Assembly: GCF_006345805.1 (NCBI RefSeq)
Contig: NC_042999.1
Coordinates: 159,154,001-159,218,000, forward strand
Origin: Octopus sinensis
Taxonomy: Eukaryota
Length of the DNA stretch: 64,000 nucleotides
Direction: 5' to 3'
Numbering within the stretch: the stretch's first letter is position 1; each line of letters begins with the position of its first letter. Below the pieces are notes generated by a model. It searched no databases and was not told the DNA's origin. It saw only the letters and a program-made list of their open reading frames with translations. The translations under genes and the position numbers were made by a program. Positions 37,889-49,714 of this stretch are shown here, piece after piece.

Positions 37889-38910
37889 TTATATGAACTA
37901 AAGGTATGTTTCTGCCAATGTTTACATCGATAAGCATGCTCCATAACCGTGTCTACAAAGGGATTCTTCGAAAATAGAATAGAAAATAGTTCACTATTAC
38001 AGAGTTGGCAGAATTTTTGCCTTTATCGTATGGGAATGAAATGGATAGAATCAACCAATTTAAATTAATTTTTTTATTATGGTCTTTTAGATACCAAATT
38101 AATTTACTAAGCCCTGTACTGTTACGTTTATTACTCTCCCTAAATGTAGAGTAATGATCAGAAATTCTTTAGATAACTGGGAACTACCTATATAAAAAAT
38201 AGACATCAATACCTGAAGTAATTTTACACTGGTATATAGAGTTTTAATCTTAGAATTACTAAACATAAACTTAATTCTGTTGAAATTGACTTCAGAGACA
38301 ATAACATTGTTATTAATATTTGCAGGGGGATGGTTAGTATTAGCTAAATTATTGTTAGTATTAGTAATTGGATTCTTATGTAACAGACTAATATTATGTG
38401 AGGAGATAATTTGTAAGAGATTTTTTTGTGTTGGAAAAACTAATCCTAACCATGTGTGAGTTGATAATCGAGTGATACATATAATTCTTTGGAAAATTCG
38501 TAATGATAGCTTCCAGAAACTGGAAAGGAAGATTATACTTAATTTGCCTCCCATAAGGAATAATCAACGAAATAGTTTTGCTACTAGTTGCCTTATTTTT
38601 CGTGTAAATGTCTTTAAAAGACATCGATTTACCTTTAGAAGGAAAAAGGGGTTTAAATAAATCTCCTTTACGTTGATAAAAAAACTTTCTTCTGTTTGTG
38701 TTGGCGTATAAATTGTTCATATCATTACAACTAGATTTCATATCTCCATTACTAAAGGTAGAATAAGATTTAATAGAATTAATGTTGGTAACTTTTTCTG
38801 TATAGCCTGCTTTAAGTAAGGCAGAGTTATAAAATTCAGCCTTGTCGTTGAAAATGTCAACATTAGCAGATAACTTAGACAATTTAAATGAAATATTCTT
38901 AACTAAGTTC
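37889..38910 (-). pseudogene. Penelope-like element ORF 3' part (thumb/linker plus GIY-YIG endonuclease)
   Basis: SKLSANVDIFNDKAEFYNSALLKAGY; FL..I..NFP...MY..IINS..V.ISFS; IYQCKI...YFYIGSS (GIY-YIG); STGLSKLIWYLK; C..C and C.H zinc-binding motifs. Confidence 0.85.
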
Positions 38911-39026
38911 TTAGTGATTGCCCTAAATATATATATATATATCGTTTATCTTTTACTTGTTCAGTCATCGGAATCCGCCATGAAGAATGCTAGTTGCATG
39001 AATCGACTCTCGTATATTTACATACG

Positions 39027-39066
<40 letters not shown>

Positions 39067-39206
39067 ACTTATAAACAAGGGCAAAAGAAAAAACTCTAAT
39101 GCCAAATATGCCGAAAATAGACATAAATCGTCAATAACCATTAATTCATCACTATAAGCACGCGTCTCAAAGTAAGCCGACAGAAATTTCTAAAAAATTC
39201 CGTTAT

Positions 39207-39265
39207 TATCGTATCGGCACCGATTTCAGAGTTAATTCATAAGAATTTTCTCCTCGTCAGCGACA
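39207..39265 (-). ncRNA. Type I hammerhead ribozyme, canonical CUGACGA core
   Basis: Minus strand: UGUCG-CUGACGA-GGAG..AAUUC uuau GAAUU..CUCU-GAAA-UCGG ug CCGA-UA^-CGAUA. Confidence 0.82.
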
Positions 39266-39553
39266 AATACGGTAAGAAATAACTGAAATACTTACTAATA
39301 CTCATGGAAGAAGTAAACACTAAGTCGGGTGTACACTTAAGTACCCCAACTATATAATTCTACTAATGGCCAGCATATTAAAAAATACCTTTAAAGGTTA
39401 AACTTATAAACAAGGGCAAAAGAAAAAATTCTAATTCCAAATATGCCGAAAATAGACTTAAATCGTTAATAACCATTAATTCATCACTATAAGCACGCGT
39501 CTCGAAGTAAGCCGACAGGGTATAAGTAAGTATTTCATTTATTTGTTACCATA

Positions 39554-39616
39554 TTTATCGCTGACGAGGAGAACATTCTTATGAATTAACTCTGAAATCG
39601 GTGCCGATACGATAAA
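39554..39616 (+). ncRNA. Type I hammerhead ribozyme, canonical CUGACGA core
   Basis: UUUAUCG-CUGACGA-GGAG...CUCU-GAAA-UCGG ug CCGA-UA^-CGAUAAA; 7-bp helix I; predicted cut after 39609. Confidence 0.87.
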
Positions 39617-39852
39617 AACGGAATTTTTAAGAAATTTCTGTCGGCTTCTTTGAGACGTTAATGCTTATAGTGATTAATTAATGGTTAATGACGATTTAAG
39701 TCTATTTTCGGCATATTTGGCATTAGAGTTGTTTATAAGTTGTTTGTAAATTTAACCTTTAAAGATATTTTTTAATATGCTGGCCATTGATAGAATTTTT
39801 TCGAAAAATTTTATCTTATATTATATATATATATATATATCTTAAAAATTAA

Positions 39853-40193
39853 GGGTACTAACAGGCAGTACCGGCATGCTAACATAGCAGTCAAAATGAC
39901 TAAACCACAAGTTTTCAATTGAACACAAAGGTGAAAGTGGGCAAAGATCGAAAATCCTGAGACCCTGTATCAATGGCTAAAAAAAGTTGAAAATTGAAGA
40001 AGTCAGACATACCTGTATAACCGGGATTTCGAACTTTGAGAAATACCCTTAGTTCATCCTGAGTCTTACTGACTCTACGGTTGTAGAGTTTGTTAATCTT
40101 AGCCAATGACTGTTTTTACTGCCGCAGCAAATTTACAACGGTTTAATCATTTTGACTGCTCTGTTAGCATGCCGGTATTGCCTGTTAGTAACC
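39853..40193 (+). mobile_element. TTAA-flanked MITE (Kolobok-like, TIR starts GG)
   Basis: TTAA|gggtactaacaggcagtaccggcatgctaaca...tgttagcatgccggtattgcctgttagtaacc|TTAA; ~55-bp imperfect TIRs. Confidence 0.8.
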
Positions 40194-40283
40194 TTAACTA
40201 TTAATTCATCATTTTTACCTTTATGGCATTTTTGCGCATGCTAAGCCACTGTTATTATCATAAACAATAATATCCTCATATAT

Positions 40284-40710
40284 CTTTACTCTCTTTTCTC
40301 TTTTACTCTTTTACTTGTTTCAGTCATTTGACTGCGGCCATGCTGGAGCACCGCCTTTAATCGAGCAACTCGACCCCAGGACTTATTCTTTTTGTAAGCC
40401 CAGTACTTATTCTATCGGTCTCTTTTGCCGAACCGCTAAGTGACGGGGACGTAAACACACCAGCATCGGTTGTCAAGCAATGCCAGGGGGACAAACACAG
40501 ACACGCAAACACACACACGCATATATATATATATATACATATATACGACGGGCTTCTTTTCAGTTTCCGTCTACCAAATCCAGTCACAAGGCTTTGGTCG
40601 ACCCGGGGCTATAGCAGAAGACACTTGCCCAAGATGTCACGCAGTGGGACTGAACCCGGAACCATGTGGTCGGTTAGCAAGCTACTTACCACACAGCCAC
40701 TCCTGCGCCT
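40284..40710 (-). mobile_element. SINE family A
   Basis: Reverse-complement copy. Confidence 0.93.
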
Positions 40711-40741
40711 TTATATAATTTTTATTCACTTTAATCACTTT

Positions 40742-41014
40742 TTAAAATTTGCTGCGGCATTAAAAACGGTCGTTGCACACATTGGTTGAGATTAGCAAAC
40801 TCTACAATCCTGGGGTCGGTAAGACTCGCTGAGAATGAACTAAAGGTATTTCTCTAAGTTCGAAATCACGGCGATACGGGTATCTCTGACATTTTCAATT
40901 TTCGATCATTTTCGTCATTAGTACGGAATCTTAGGGTTGTTAATCATTTGCCCGCTTTCATCTCTGTGTTTAAGTGAAAACATGTTAGCATACCGGTCCT
41001 GCCTGTTAGTACCC
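40742..41014 (-). mobile_element. Second, truncated and inverted copy of the TTAA MITE family
   Basis: Reverse complement aligns with the interior of 39853-40193; ends gcctgttagtaccc|TTAA. Confidence 0.78.
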
Positions 41015-41117
41015 TTAATTAACAATTGATAGTTTTTACCTTTATGAGTTTATTTTACGCATGCTAAGCCACTGATATTATTATAAACAATAATATCCTC
41101 ATATATATATATATAAT

Positions 41118-41505
41118 GTGGAGGCGCAATAGCCCAGTGGTTAGGGCAGCGGACTCGCGGTCGTAGGATCGCGGTTTCGATTTCCAGACCGGGCGTTGTG
41201 TGTGTTTATTGAGCGAAAACACCTAAAAGCTCTATGAGGCTCCGGCAGGGGGGGGGTGGCAATCCCTGCTGTACTCTTTCACCACAACTTTCTCTCACTC
41301 TTACTTCCTGTTTCTGTTGTACTTGTATTTCAAAGGGCCGGCCTTGTCACTCTGTGTCACGCTGAATATCCCCGAGAACTACGTTAAGGGTACACGTGTC
41401 TGTGGAGTGCTCGGCCACTTACACGTTAATTTCATGAGCAAGCTGTTCCGTCGATTCGGATCAACCGGAACCATCGTCGTCGTAACCGACGGAGTGCTTC
41501 CATCC
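41118..41505 (+). mobile_element. tRNA-derived SINE group C, variant 2
   Basis: A box tagcccagtggttag, B-box-like ggtttcgatttcc; tail ...gtcgtcgtaaccgacggagtgc shared with the 48177 copy. Confidence 0.87.
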
Positions 41506-42169
41506 AGTTTTTACCTTTATGAGTTTATTTTACGCATGTTAAGCCACTGATATTATTATAAACAATAATATCCTCATATATATATAATATTCTTTGATTA
41601 CTTGTTCTAATAGCTGAAATTGTAAATATCTGTTAAGATGATGACGACGACAACGACGACGACGACGACGACGATGACAATGGAATTTCAATAGGCTTAT
41701 ATCCTAATGGAAATTAGAATGTTCCTTGTCCGCTGAAATACTTATCAGTTTATTACTTTGCTGAACAATAATGCAGATGAAATTAATCTAATTGTTGGGA
41801 TTTGAAACGTACGCTGTCAGATAATAAAAAAAAATCTTGCAATATAGAGGAAATGTTTGTATACTATATACAGATATGTTTATTGCCAGCGAGTAGCTTA
41901 GAGATGGAATAATATAAAAGTGATACGTTGTCGATGCAGTACTTAGATGAATTTAAATTGCATTGCACAGCTGGAAAAAGCAGATAGTGAAACTATAGAA
42001 TAAAAGAAATCTAGTTATGGTCTGATCATCAAACAGTGATGCAGATATTTCAAGTTGTGGAATAAACTTTATGCCTTGAAAGACCAAGAGATGCTGGATG
42101 TTTGTTAAACGCCAGGTATAATGCGATCGTGTAATTACGTTGTCGACTACTGAAAAATCGAAAATCGAT

Positions 42170-42592
42170 AGCACGACAGGCGAAATACTTAGCGGCATTT
42201 CGTCTGACTTCATGTTCTGTTTAAATTCCGCCGAGGTCGTCTTTGCCATTCATTCTTTCGGAGTTGATAAAATAAATACCAGTCGGACACTAGGGTCGAT
42301 GTAAGCGAATTACATCCTCTCCAGAAATTGATGACTTTGTGCCAAAATATGAAATTAATATTCAACGACTACTGAAGGCACCGTGTTTTCAAAATCTTTA
42401 GCACGCCAGGCGAAATGCTTAGTGACATCCCATCCGTCTTCACATTCTGAGTACAAGTTCCACCGAGGTCGACTTTGCCTTTCATTTTTTCGGGATTGAT
42501 AAAATAAGTTCCACTTGAGTAATGGAATTGATGTAATTGTCTTACCCCCTCCCCGAACTTGCTGGCTTATGCCAAAACTTGAATTTGATATT
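42170..42592 (+). mobile_element. Two tandem 5'-truncated SINE-B copies
   Basis: Each has aaattccgccgaggtcg.ctttgcc.ttcat...gataaaataa box and tgtgccaaaa..tgaa tail; both are preceded by cgactactgaa. Confidence 0.82.
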
Positions 42593-43426
42593 AACGACCA
42601 CCCTTAATCCATTGATAGCAAGCTTTATCGATATGGGGTTTGCCTTCGGACCTGCCGAGGTCGATTGAATTAGTACCTATTAACGTACTTAATTCCATCA
42701 GCCAAATGTACTCGTTATTTTAAATAGAAATCAATATTACAGTATTTGATAGATATCTTGGTATTTTCCACACCTCGACTATACATATATACTCTCATAT
42801 TATTTATTAATGTTTAACCTTACCCCTTTATATTCTGGTATATCTCACAGCTTCTGGTCTTTGTCTTTTAAATAATATAGTATTAATAATTAATCAACCA
42901 ATGAGATCGATGATTCAACAAATCAATGGCTTTATTTTGCCGTTAGAAATCTATATTAACGTACATTGGACAGCGGTGCAAAAATAAGAGGGTGTCTACT
43001 ACATTCTTTCCAATATTTAGTACTTGTCTTTAGTTTTGCCAATTGACTGCGTTGTGTTGAAATATGACCGACGTTGGTACAATGTGTTCAATGCATAAAT
43101 CAAGCGTGATCTTCTCGACCACAGTCCTCACTTTTATCGAATAAAATTCTCACTTGAGAAAAGTCATCGAGATATTTTAGTTTTTGGTTCATATTTTGAT
43201 GAAATTGTCATTGCTGTTTCTAATTGGTCGGATATTTTGAAGTAACTGTATATATTTAATGTGCATATGAAATAGGACTGTTCTAGCCAAAAGTCTGGAT
43301 TTTTTTAATTAAAATTGTTATGCCCATGTACAATTCGATTCAAATACATTCAACATATAAACTTGAGCCTTTAATATGAAAGCTTTAATTTCCAAACATA
43401 TATTCCACACTTATTTATGTGTATTA

Positions 43427-43645
43427 AGGCGGGGAGCTGGCAGAACCGTTTGCCCACCGGACAAAATGCTTAGCAGCATTTCTCCCATCTTTACGTTCTA
43501 AATTCAAATTCCGCCAAGATCGACTTTGCCTGTCATCCTTTTGTATCGATAAAATAAGTACCAGCTGAGCACTGGGGTCGATGAAATATGTTTAACCTCT
43601 CCCCCAAAATTGTTAGCCTTGTGCCTTAATTTGAAACCAATATTT
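43427..43645 (+). mobile_element. SINE family B, full length
   Basis: ggcggggagctggcagaa (A-box-like)...aaattcaaattccgcc (B-box-like)...ataagtaccag..cactggggtcgat...gtgccttaatttgaaaccaata. Confidence 0.85.
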
Positions 43646-44711
43646 ATGTGTGCTGTCTTTATCATTAAGGCATTCCTTATGCACTTCATTATTGTATTTT
43701 AATTTATCCGTTTAAATAATGCCCGCTTTTCTAGTTACACTGGTGTGATGATGCGCGATTTAATGTATGTCTGTTTGTCTGTAGTAGTAAAAGACTATTA
43801 CTTGTAGAAGATGGTTTTGGGACTACAATGGATTCCAGTAGGCGTATCAGTTTAACCGTTGGCAGAAAATTCAGAATTACGGCTCTACGTATCTTGATAA
43901 CCCATTGCTTGTTGGTACGGAGTCATAGTCGATTAAATCAACGGGAGTACTTGACTCTGGAAGGATAAAAGATAAAGTTGCCCTCATCAGGATTTGAACC
44001 TGGAACATAAAGGACCCACAAGGCACATCATCAGATCTTAGCACTTCTGTACCTCTTTCCCCTTAATGACACTTATTGAAAGTTATTCTATGCTAAATAA
44101 ATAAGTAAAATGAATCAGCTCAATGATGATTTCTGACGAAGAATAAGAGGATCAAATTCTTTTAGATACAAGGAAATTGTGAATGGCAAAGCTGACCGCT
44201 GTGAGATTTGAACTAAGAACGTAAAAGGGTCTAACAAAACATCGCAAAATGATTTGTCTAACTGTTTTAAGAACTTTTTTTTCAAAATGAAATTTGCAAA
44301 AGACGTATATCCTACCGTGCCATTGACGTGTTTCGAAAGAGGAGAATTCTGTAACTCATCATAACTATTAGGATCCAGAACGATAGGGCTGCTAAAGTTC
44401 GGAAATTCCAAGGCGAATTCAAAATAGGGATGCAATCATATGACCAATCACAGCAGAGCCACCAAGGGTCTAAAAGTAGCCATGTGTTCAACCAATAAAT
44501 ATAGCTGTAATTTACAACCTGAAAATAAATAATTCGTAAAAGTTACTAGTCAACAAACTGAAATTCTTTTAATATTTCTGTTGTACTGAACAATCTATAC
44601 TTTTGTTTAATACGCTTTATCTATACCGAGAGAAACATTAAGTTCACTAAGTAGTTATCATATATTCACAGCGGAAAGGAAGTTCGTTTGACAAATAATA
44701 GTATTGTTAAT

Positions 44712-44937
44712 AAGAATTTTGAAATACTTGCGAAAGTAAGATAATGTTATCAACTACATAAAAACGTATTCATTTATAACAGAATTTTAATAAACTGAAC
44801 AATACAATGTGTGTGTACATAAGCGTACACACATTTGTATGTATATTTTTGTATACATATGTGATTATAAGTGTGCCTATATAAGTATATTAATATAAGT
44901 GTGTATGTATTCCACCCTGTCGTCTGTGGAATACATA

Positions 44938-44995
<58 letters not shown>

Positions 44996-45098
44996 ACACA
45001 CATTGTATTGTACAGTTTATTAAAATTCTGTTATAAATGAATCCATTGTTATGTAGTTGACAACATTATCTTACTTTTGTAAATATTTCAAAATTCTT
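44712..45098. repeat. Foldback/MITE-like element with ~100-bp imperfect inverted arms
   Basis: 44712-44816 pairs with 44997-45098; the spacer holds a 12-bp hairpin (44903-44938) and (CA)n. Confidence 0.8.
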
Positions 45099-46784
45099 GT
45101 TTCGCCTTCAGAAAATTTACCTATGTTGTATAGTATGTACTAGAAATCTAATATGAGACAGAATTACAGGATCGAACTGATAGAATGCCTTGGAAACTGG
45201 ATTTGTTCAGTCGCCAGATGTTACTTATTATCGATTAGATGAAACAGACAGCCACTTGTAAAACATGACGTTTAAATTTTATTTTTGAAAGCATATACTT
45301 AAGATAGATATATAAGATAGATATATCTATACTTAAGACAGATTGCCATAATAAATATTGTATCCGTATAGTTCTACTTCTTTTACAGGTTTTAGTCACT
45401 GACACGTAATCTATGTTGTCGACTTAATCATATATTTTAACAATCCCACAAGTAAACGTTGACCTGTGCAGTATTTCAATATCAGAACAGAGCGGTATAA
45501 AGACAATACTTCAAGAACAAAGTCATGAAGATAGATGCAGCAGTGAATGTTTTCGACGGTCCGCCAATTCTTCAATTCGCCATTATTTTAAATATAACTT
45601 CTACATCACTTTATGTCTTTTCACACCGTGCTCAATATTGATTTTGTCTGGATATTTCCAGACATTTACTAAATAACATTTTTCACTAGAAATCAAACTT
45701 ACACTTTCAGCCTTAACTGTGTTGACCCGGAAATTAAAATAATATTAGACATTACTTGATACTTTTCCTCACTGCATATCGATTTCTAGTTAACTTCTTT
45801 ACTCTTCGCCCATGCATCAAATATGTAACACCAAATTACGTATGAGAAAACTGCCGCGCAAACAATGACTAGAGAAACTGTTATATTATTTTACCTTCAT
45901 TTTTATTACAACCGCGTAGTGATGCATGTTCTTCACCTTCCCTCAGGGAATGCATAAATTTAAACAATTATATAATGATAAACTTTCATTTGCAATCTAT
46001 ATACATGAAGTTATAGATTCAGCTCTCTGCTTAATTTGCTGTTTCCTGATGCTTGCTGTAACGACTGAGTATATATATATAATGAATTAGGTAAGATACA
46101 ATAACTAACGTATCGTAGTAGGATTTATATAAACGTCCCAGTGAAATTTCTGTAGAACTTATAACTGAGAAATAATCTTGCAATAAAATTTATGTAAGAA
46201 ACTTGCTTTCTCAGTTGTACTTACTAATATTTTTTATTTATGAAAACCTCCTAACTACCCTTACATATAATCACAATATTTATTTCCATGCAGTGAAAAA
46301 CAGGATAAGATACCATAACTGAGAAATAATTCTGAATCTATTCTATTGGAATGTACATTATTTATTACACTGTTATATTCATAATAGGTGTTAATTAGGC
46401 TCTTTTCAATATCGTTGCAACTGTCGTGATATACGTTGGCTTCTGTTTCTTTTGTTGGATGAACTTCGACTTTCTACCCATCATATGATTATCTTGAATT
46501 TTACAGTAAACGGGTCTTTACGAGTAAAATCGACTTGACTATCTTACATTCTAGAGGGTAATTACAAAAGTAAATATATCCTGATGAAAATGTGTTGAGC
46601 AATAACATTCCCGTTTCTCTCTCGCCGACATGTTAGTCTGCGTATTAATATACCTTACCTCTCTGTTATTAGTACCACCATAAACAAACACTAATAATGG
46701 TTCTTCCAAATTTCATTTGTTGACATCCTAACAAGCCAGCATTGATTTTCTTTAAAAGGGGACATGAATAGATTTAAAATTTTC

Positions 46785-47528
46785 GCAGACGTGGCTGCGT
46801 CGTAAGAAGCTTGCTTCCTAAACACATAGTTCTAGGATCACGCCCACTGTGCGACACCTTGAGCAAGTGTCTTCTACTAAAGCCTAGGATTTGGTTGACA
46901 GAAACTGAAAGAAGCCTGTTGTATATACACTACCGTCAGAAATTAATTAGCACCCTTGATTTGCTCTTCACTCAAGGTATGTGCTGTCACCTAGTGGCCA
47001 TATCTCGAACTATTGCTTTGTTGCGAGTTCACTGTTGCGCAGAACGATGACGTAACTTTGTTTGCAGAGCAGTTTGAGAGTCTACATCCTTATTATGTTG
47101 ACATAGCAGTGCAACAACAACTTGGAGTGCGGATGCAGACAAATCTTCCTTTGTTTAATAGATATAGGTAGCGCCTCGCAAGGACCGAAATCACACCATA
47201 ATAAGTTTTCTCATCGCGTAAGACGTTTTGAACAGCTCATAGGTTAATTGATTTAACCTATTTAATGTAGAAATTTGAGAAGTGCTAATTAATTTCTGAC
47301 GCAAGTGTACATGTATGTATTTATGTGTGTGTCTCTGTTTGTCTCCTTCGTCATTGCTTGACAACCGATGCTGGTGTGTTTATGTCCCCGTAACCGGGCG
47401 GTTCGACAAAAGAGAACCGATACAATAAGTACGAGGCTTAAGAGAATAAGTACTGGTGTCGATTTCTTCGACTAACAGCCCTTAAGGCGGTTCCCCAGCA
47501 TGGCCACATTCAAATTACTGAAAGAAGT
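46785..47528 (+). mobile_element. Diverged SINE A split by a MITE
   Basis: 5' half ends gaagcctgttgtatata; 3' half resumes catgtatgtattt...cattgcttgacaaccgatgctgg. Confidence 0.82.
46928..47307. mobile_element. Tc1-type MITE
   Basis: TA|cactaccgtcagaaattaattagcac ... gtgctaattaatttctgacgcaagtg|TA. Confidence 0.88.
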
Positions 47529-48176
47529 AAAAAAAAATTACTATTTGATTTAAAGAAAGTATAGACGTAGATGATAGTTTACACTGGCGCGTTGTCATAA
47601 TCTTATCAACTATAATGACTTGAAAATGAAGATTAAAATATATGAATAAGCATCATCTGAGACTGAAGTGTAAATATAATTGAAAACGTAAAATGTTTTT
47701 GCGTCAAGGAAGTTTTTCAGTCGCGAGAATTTGTAAAATGATAGTAAATTATGTATAAAGGTGGGAATCAGCCAGCAATATGTCTTGCAGTATTTAGATG
47801 CATGATGTCACATTCTAGGTTCCAAACATTGTGGATTCCTTTTGCGTTTTTAGTACATTCGGCATATGTAAACTATGCACTAATAATATATAGCGTCGAC
47901 ACATAAGATTAGAGTGCTATTTCATAAATTAACCACATCAAGTTAATAATACGAAAATGTTTGCAATAATTACTTCTTTTATACACCATAAGGGCTTAAA
48001 ATCCTTGAGACACAAGAGTAAAATACAAAAGGTAAAATGGATTTACAACGAGTAACAAATATAAGATTGAGAAGAACAACAAGCACCAATGTATAAACAG
48101 TAGCAAAGAGAAACAAGAAGGTGTGCGCCGGAAAATGGTCAAATACATATTCTAATTCGGCTTGTCTCTTACACAT

Positions 48177-48501
48177 TGTGAAGGCGCGTGGCTTAGTGGT
48201 TAGGGCATTCGGCTCACGATTGTAAGGTCGTGAGTTCGATTCCAAGCGACGCGTTGTGTCCTTGAGCAAGACACTTTATTTCATGTTGCTCCAGTTCACT
48301 CAGCTGGCAAAAATGAGTTGTAGCAGTATTTTAAAGGGCCGGCATTGTCACACTGTGTGTCACGCTGAATCTCCCTGAGAACTACGTTAAGGGTACACGT
48401 GTCTGTGGAGTGCTCAGCCACTTGTAGTTTATTTCACGAGCAGGCTGTTCCGTTGATCGTATCAGCTGGGACCCTCGTCGTCGTAACCGACGGAGTGCTC
48501 C
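48177..48501 (+). mobile_element. tRNA-derived SINE group C, variant 3 (mosaic)
   Basis: A box tggcttagtggttag, B box gagttcgattcc; middle as in 37058, tail as in 41118. Confidence 0.87.
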
Positions 48502-49325
48502 TTTTTATCTGACATGTATTACATACACAGGTAGCCTTCAAACATTTTTTTTTTCATTTAACTGCACAGATTCTGCAACGGAAGCACACCATTTAAACAT
48601 TCTGATTTATAGAGCTATTAAAAAGAACAGCATCAACGTGGAAAATTATAGACGCTGCTGACAGCCTTGGAAAATATCCGTTGACACCGATTAAATATCA
48701 ACAAATAAAAGCTGAAAGAATAAACAAATTGCTTGAAGGTTACCTGTGGAATTAACATATTCTTTCGATTACGAAATCGTATTGATTTTCTACAGCAAAG
48801 AACGTATTAAATGTATTCATATTGCACAGTGACACGTACAGCGAGTAAAACAAACATGGTGGAGCATGACACATTCATACGAGATCGTTTCAATCTCCCA
48901 AAACAAATAAATGGCGGACAGTACGGTTAAAATATCTATTAGAATATGAGGTATAAAAACGAACGAAGAGTTGACACAGAATTTATGAAATCACAGATGC
49001 CTCTGTTAAAAGTATAGTTAGTCGTTAGCGATACAAAGGACACTTCAACCAATAATACCACTAAAGCTGATTATAACCAATCCAACGAGATCGCTTTCGC
49101 GTAGTTGTTTGATCTATAATTATATCAGCCATATCTTCCTCAAATCTTACTCTACAATCTTTCCAGAACGAAGCAACACATTAGATTGTTAATGTCGTTC
49201 GCTAGATGGCGCACATATTCAAACACTCTGAGGCGCGCACGCAAACACACACACACACACGCACACACACGTACACACACATGTTTAAAGCAAATTTGCA
49301 TATTTTTTATGTGTGTGTGTATGAT

Positions 49326-49532
<207 letters not shown>

Positions 49533-49714
49533 GTGAGTCTTTTTATAGATATAAAAAGCTGTGAACATTAACTGAGGAAAGGGATCGCTACAAGTGTAGA
49601 AACAATTATTTTAATAATTGTATTGATAGTCCTTTCAAAGGTTCAGCAGTCGTCGACCGCGGCAAACTATGAATTTTCCCACTAGTGATACTATATATAA
49701 GCCTGGCTCTTATA

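Larger units (their letters stand above)
39068..39797. mobile_element. Tandem plus inverted HHR-bearing repeat (335-nt unit; PLE pLTR/retrozyme-like)
   Basis: cttataaacaagggc recurs at 39068 and 39403 (period 335); 39519-39797 is an inverted, permuted copy; (TA)n near both ends. Confidence 0.8.

Noticed and set aside
44440-44500. Two CCAAT boxes suggesting a promoter
   Set aside because: No associated TSS, exon or CpG-rich context visible
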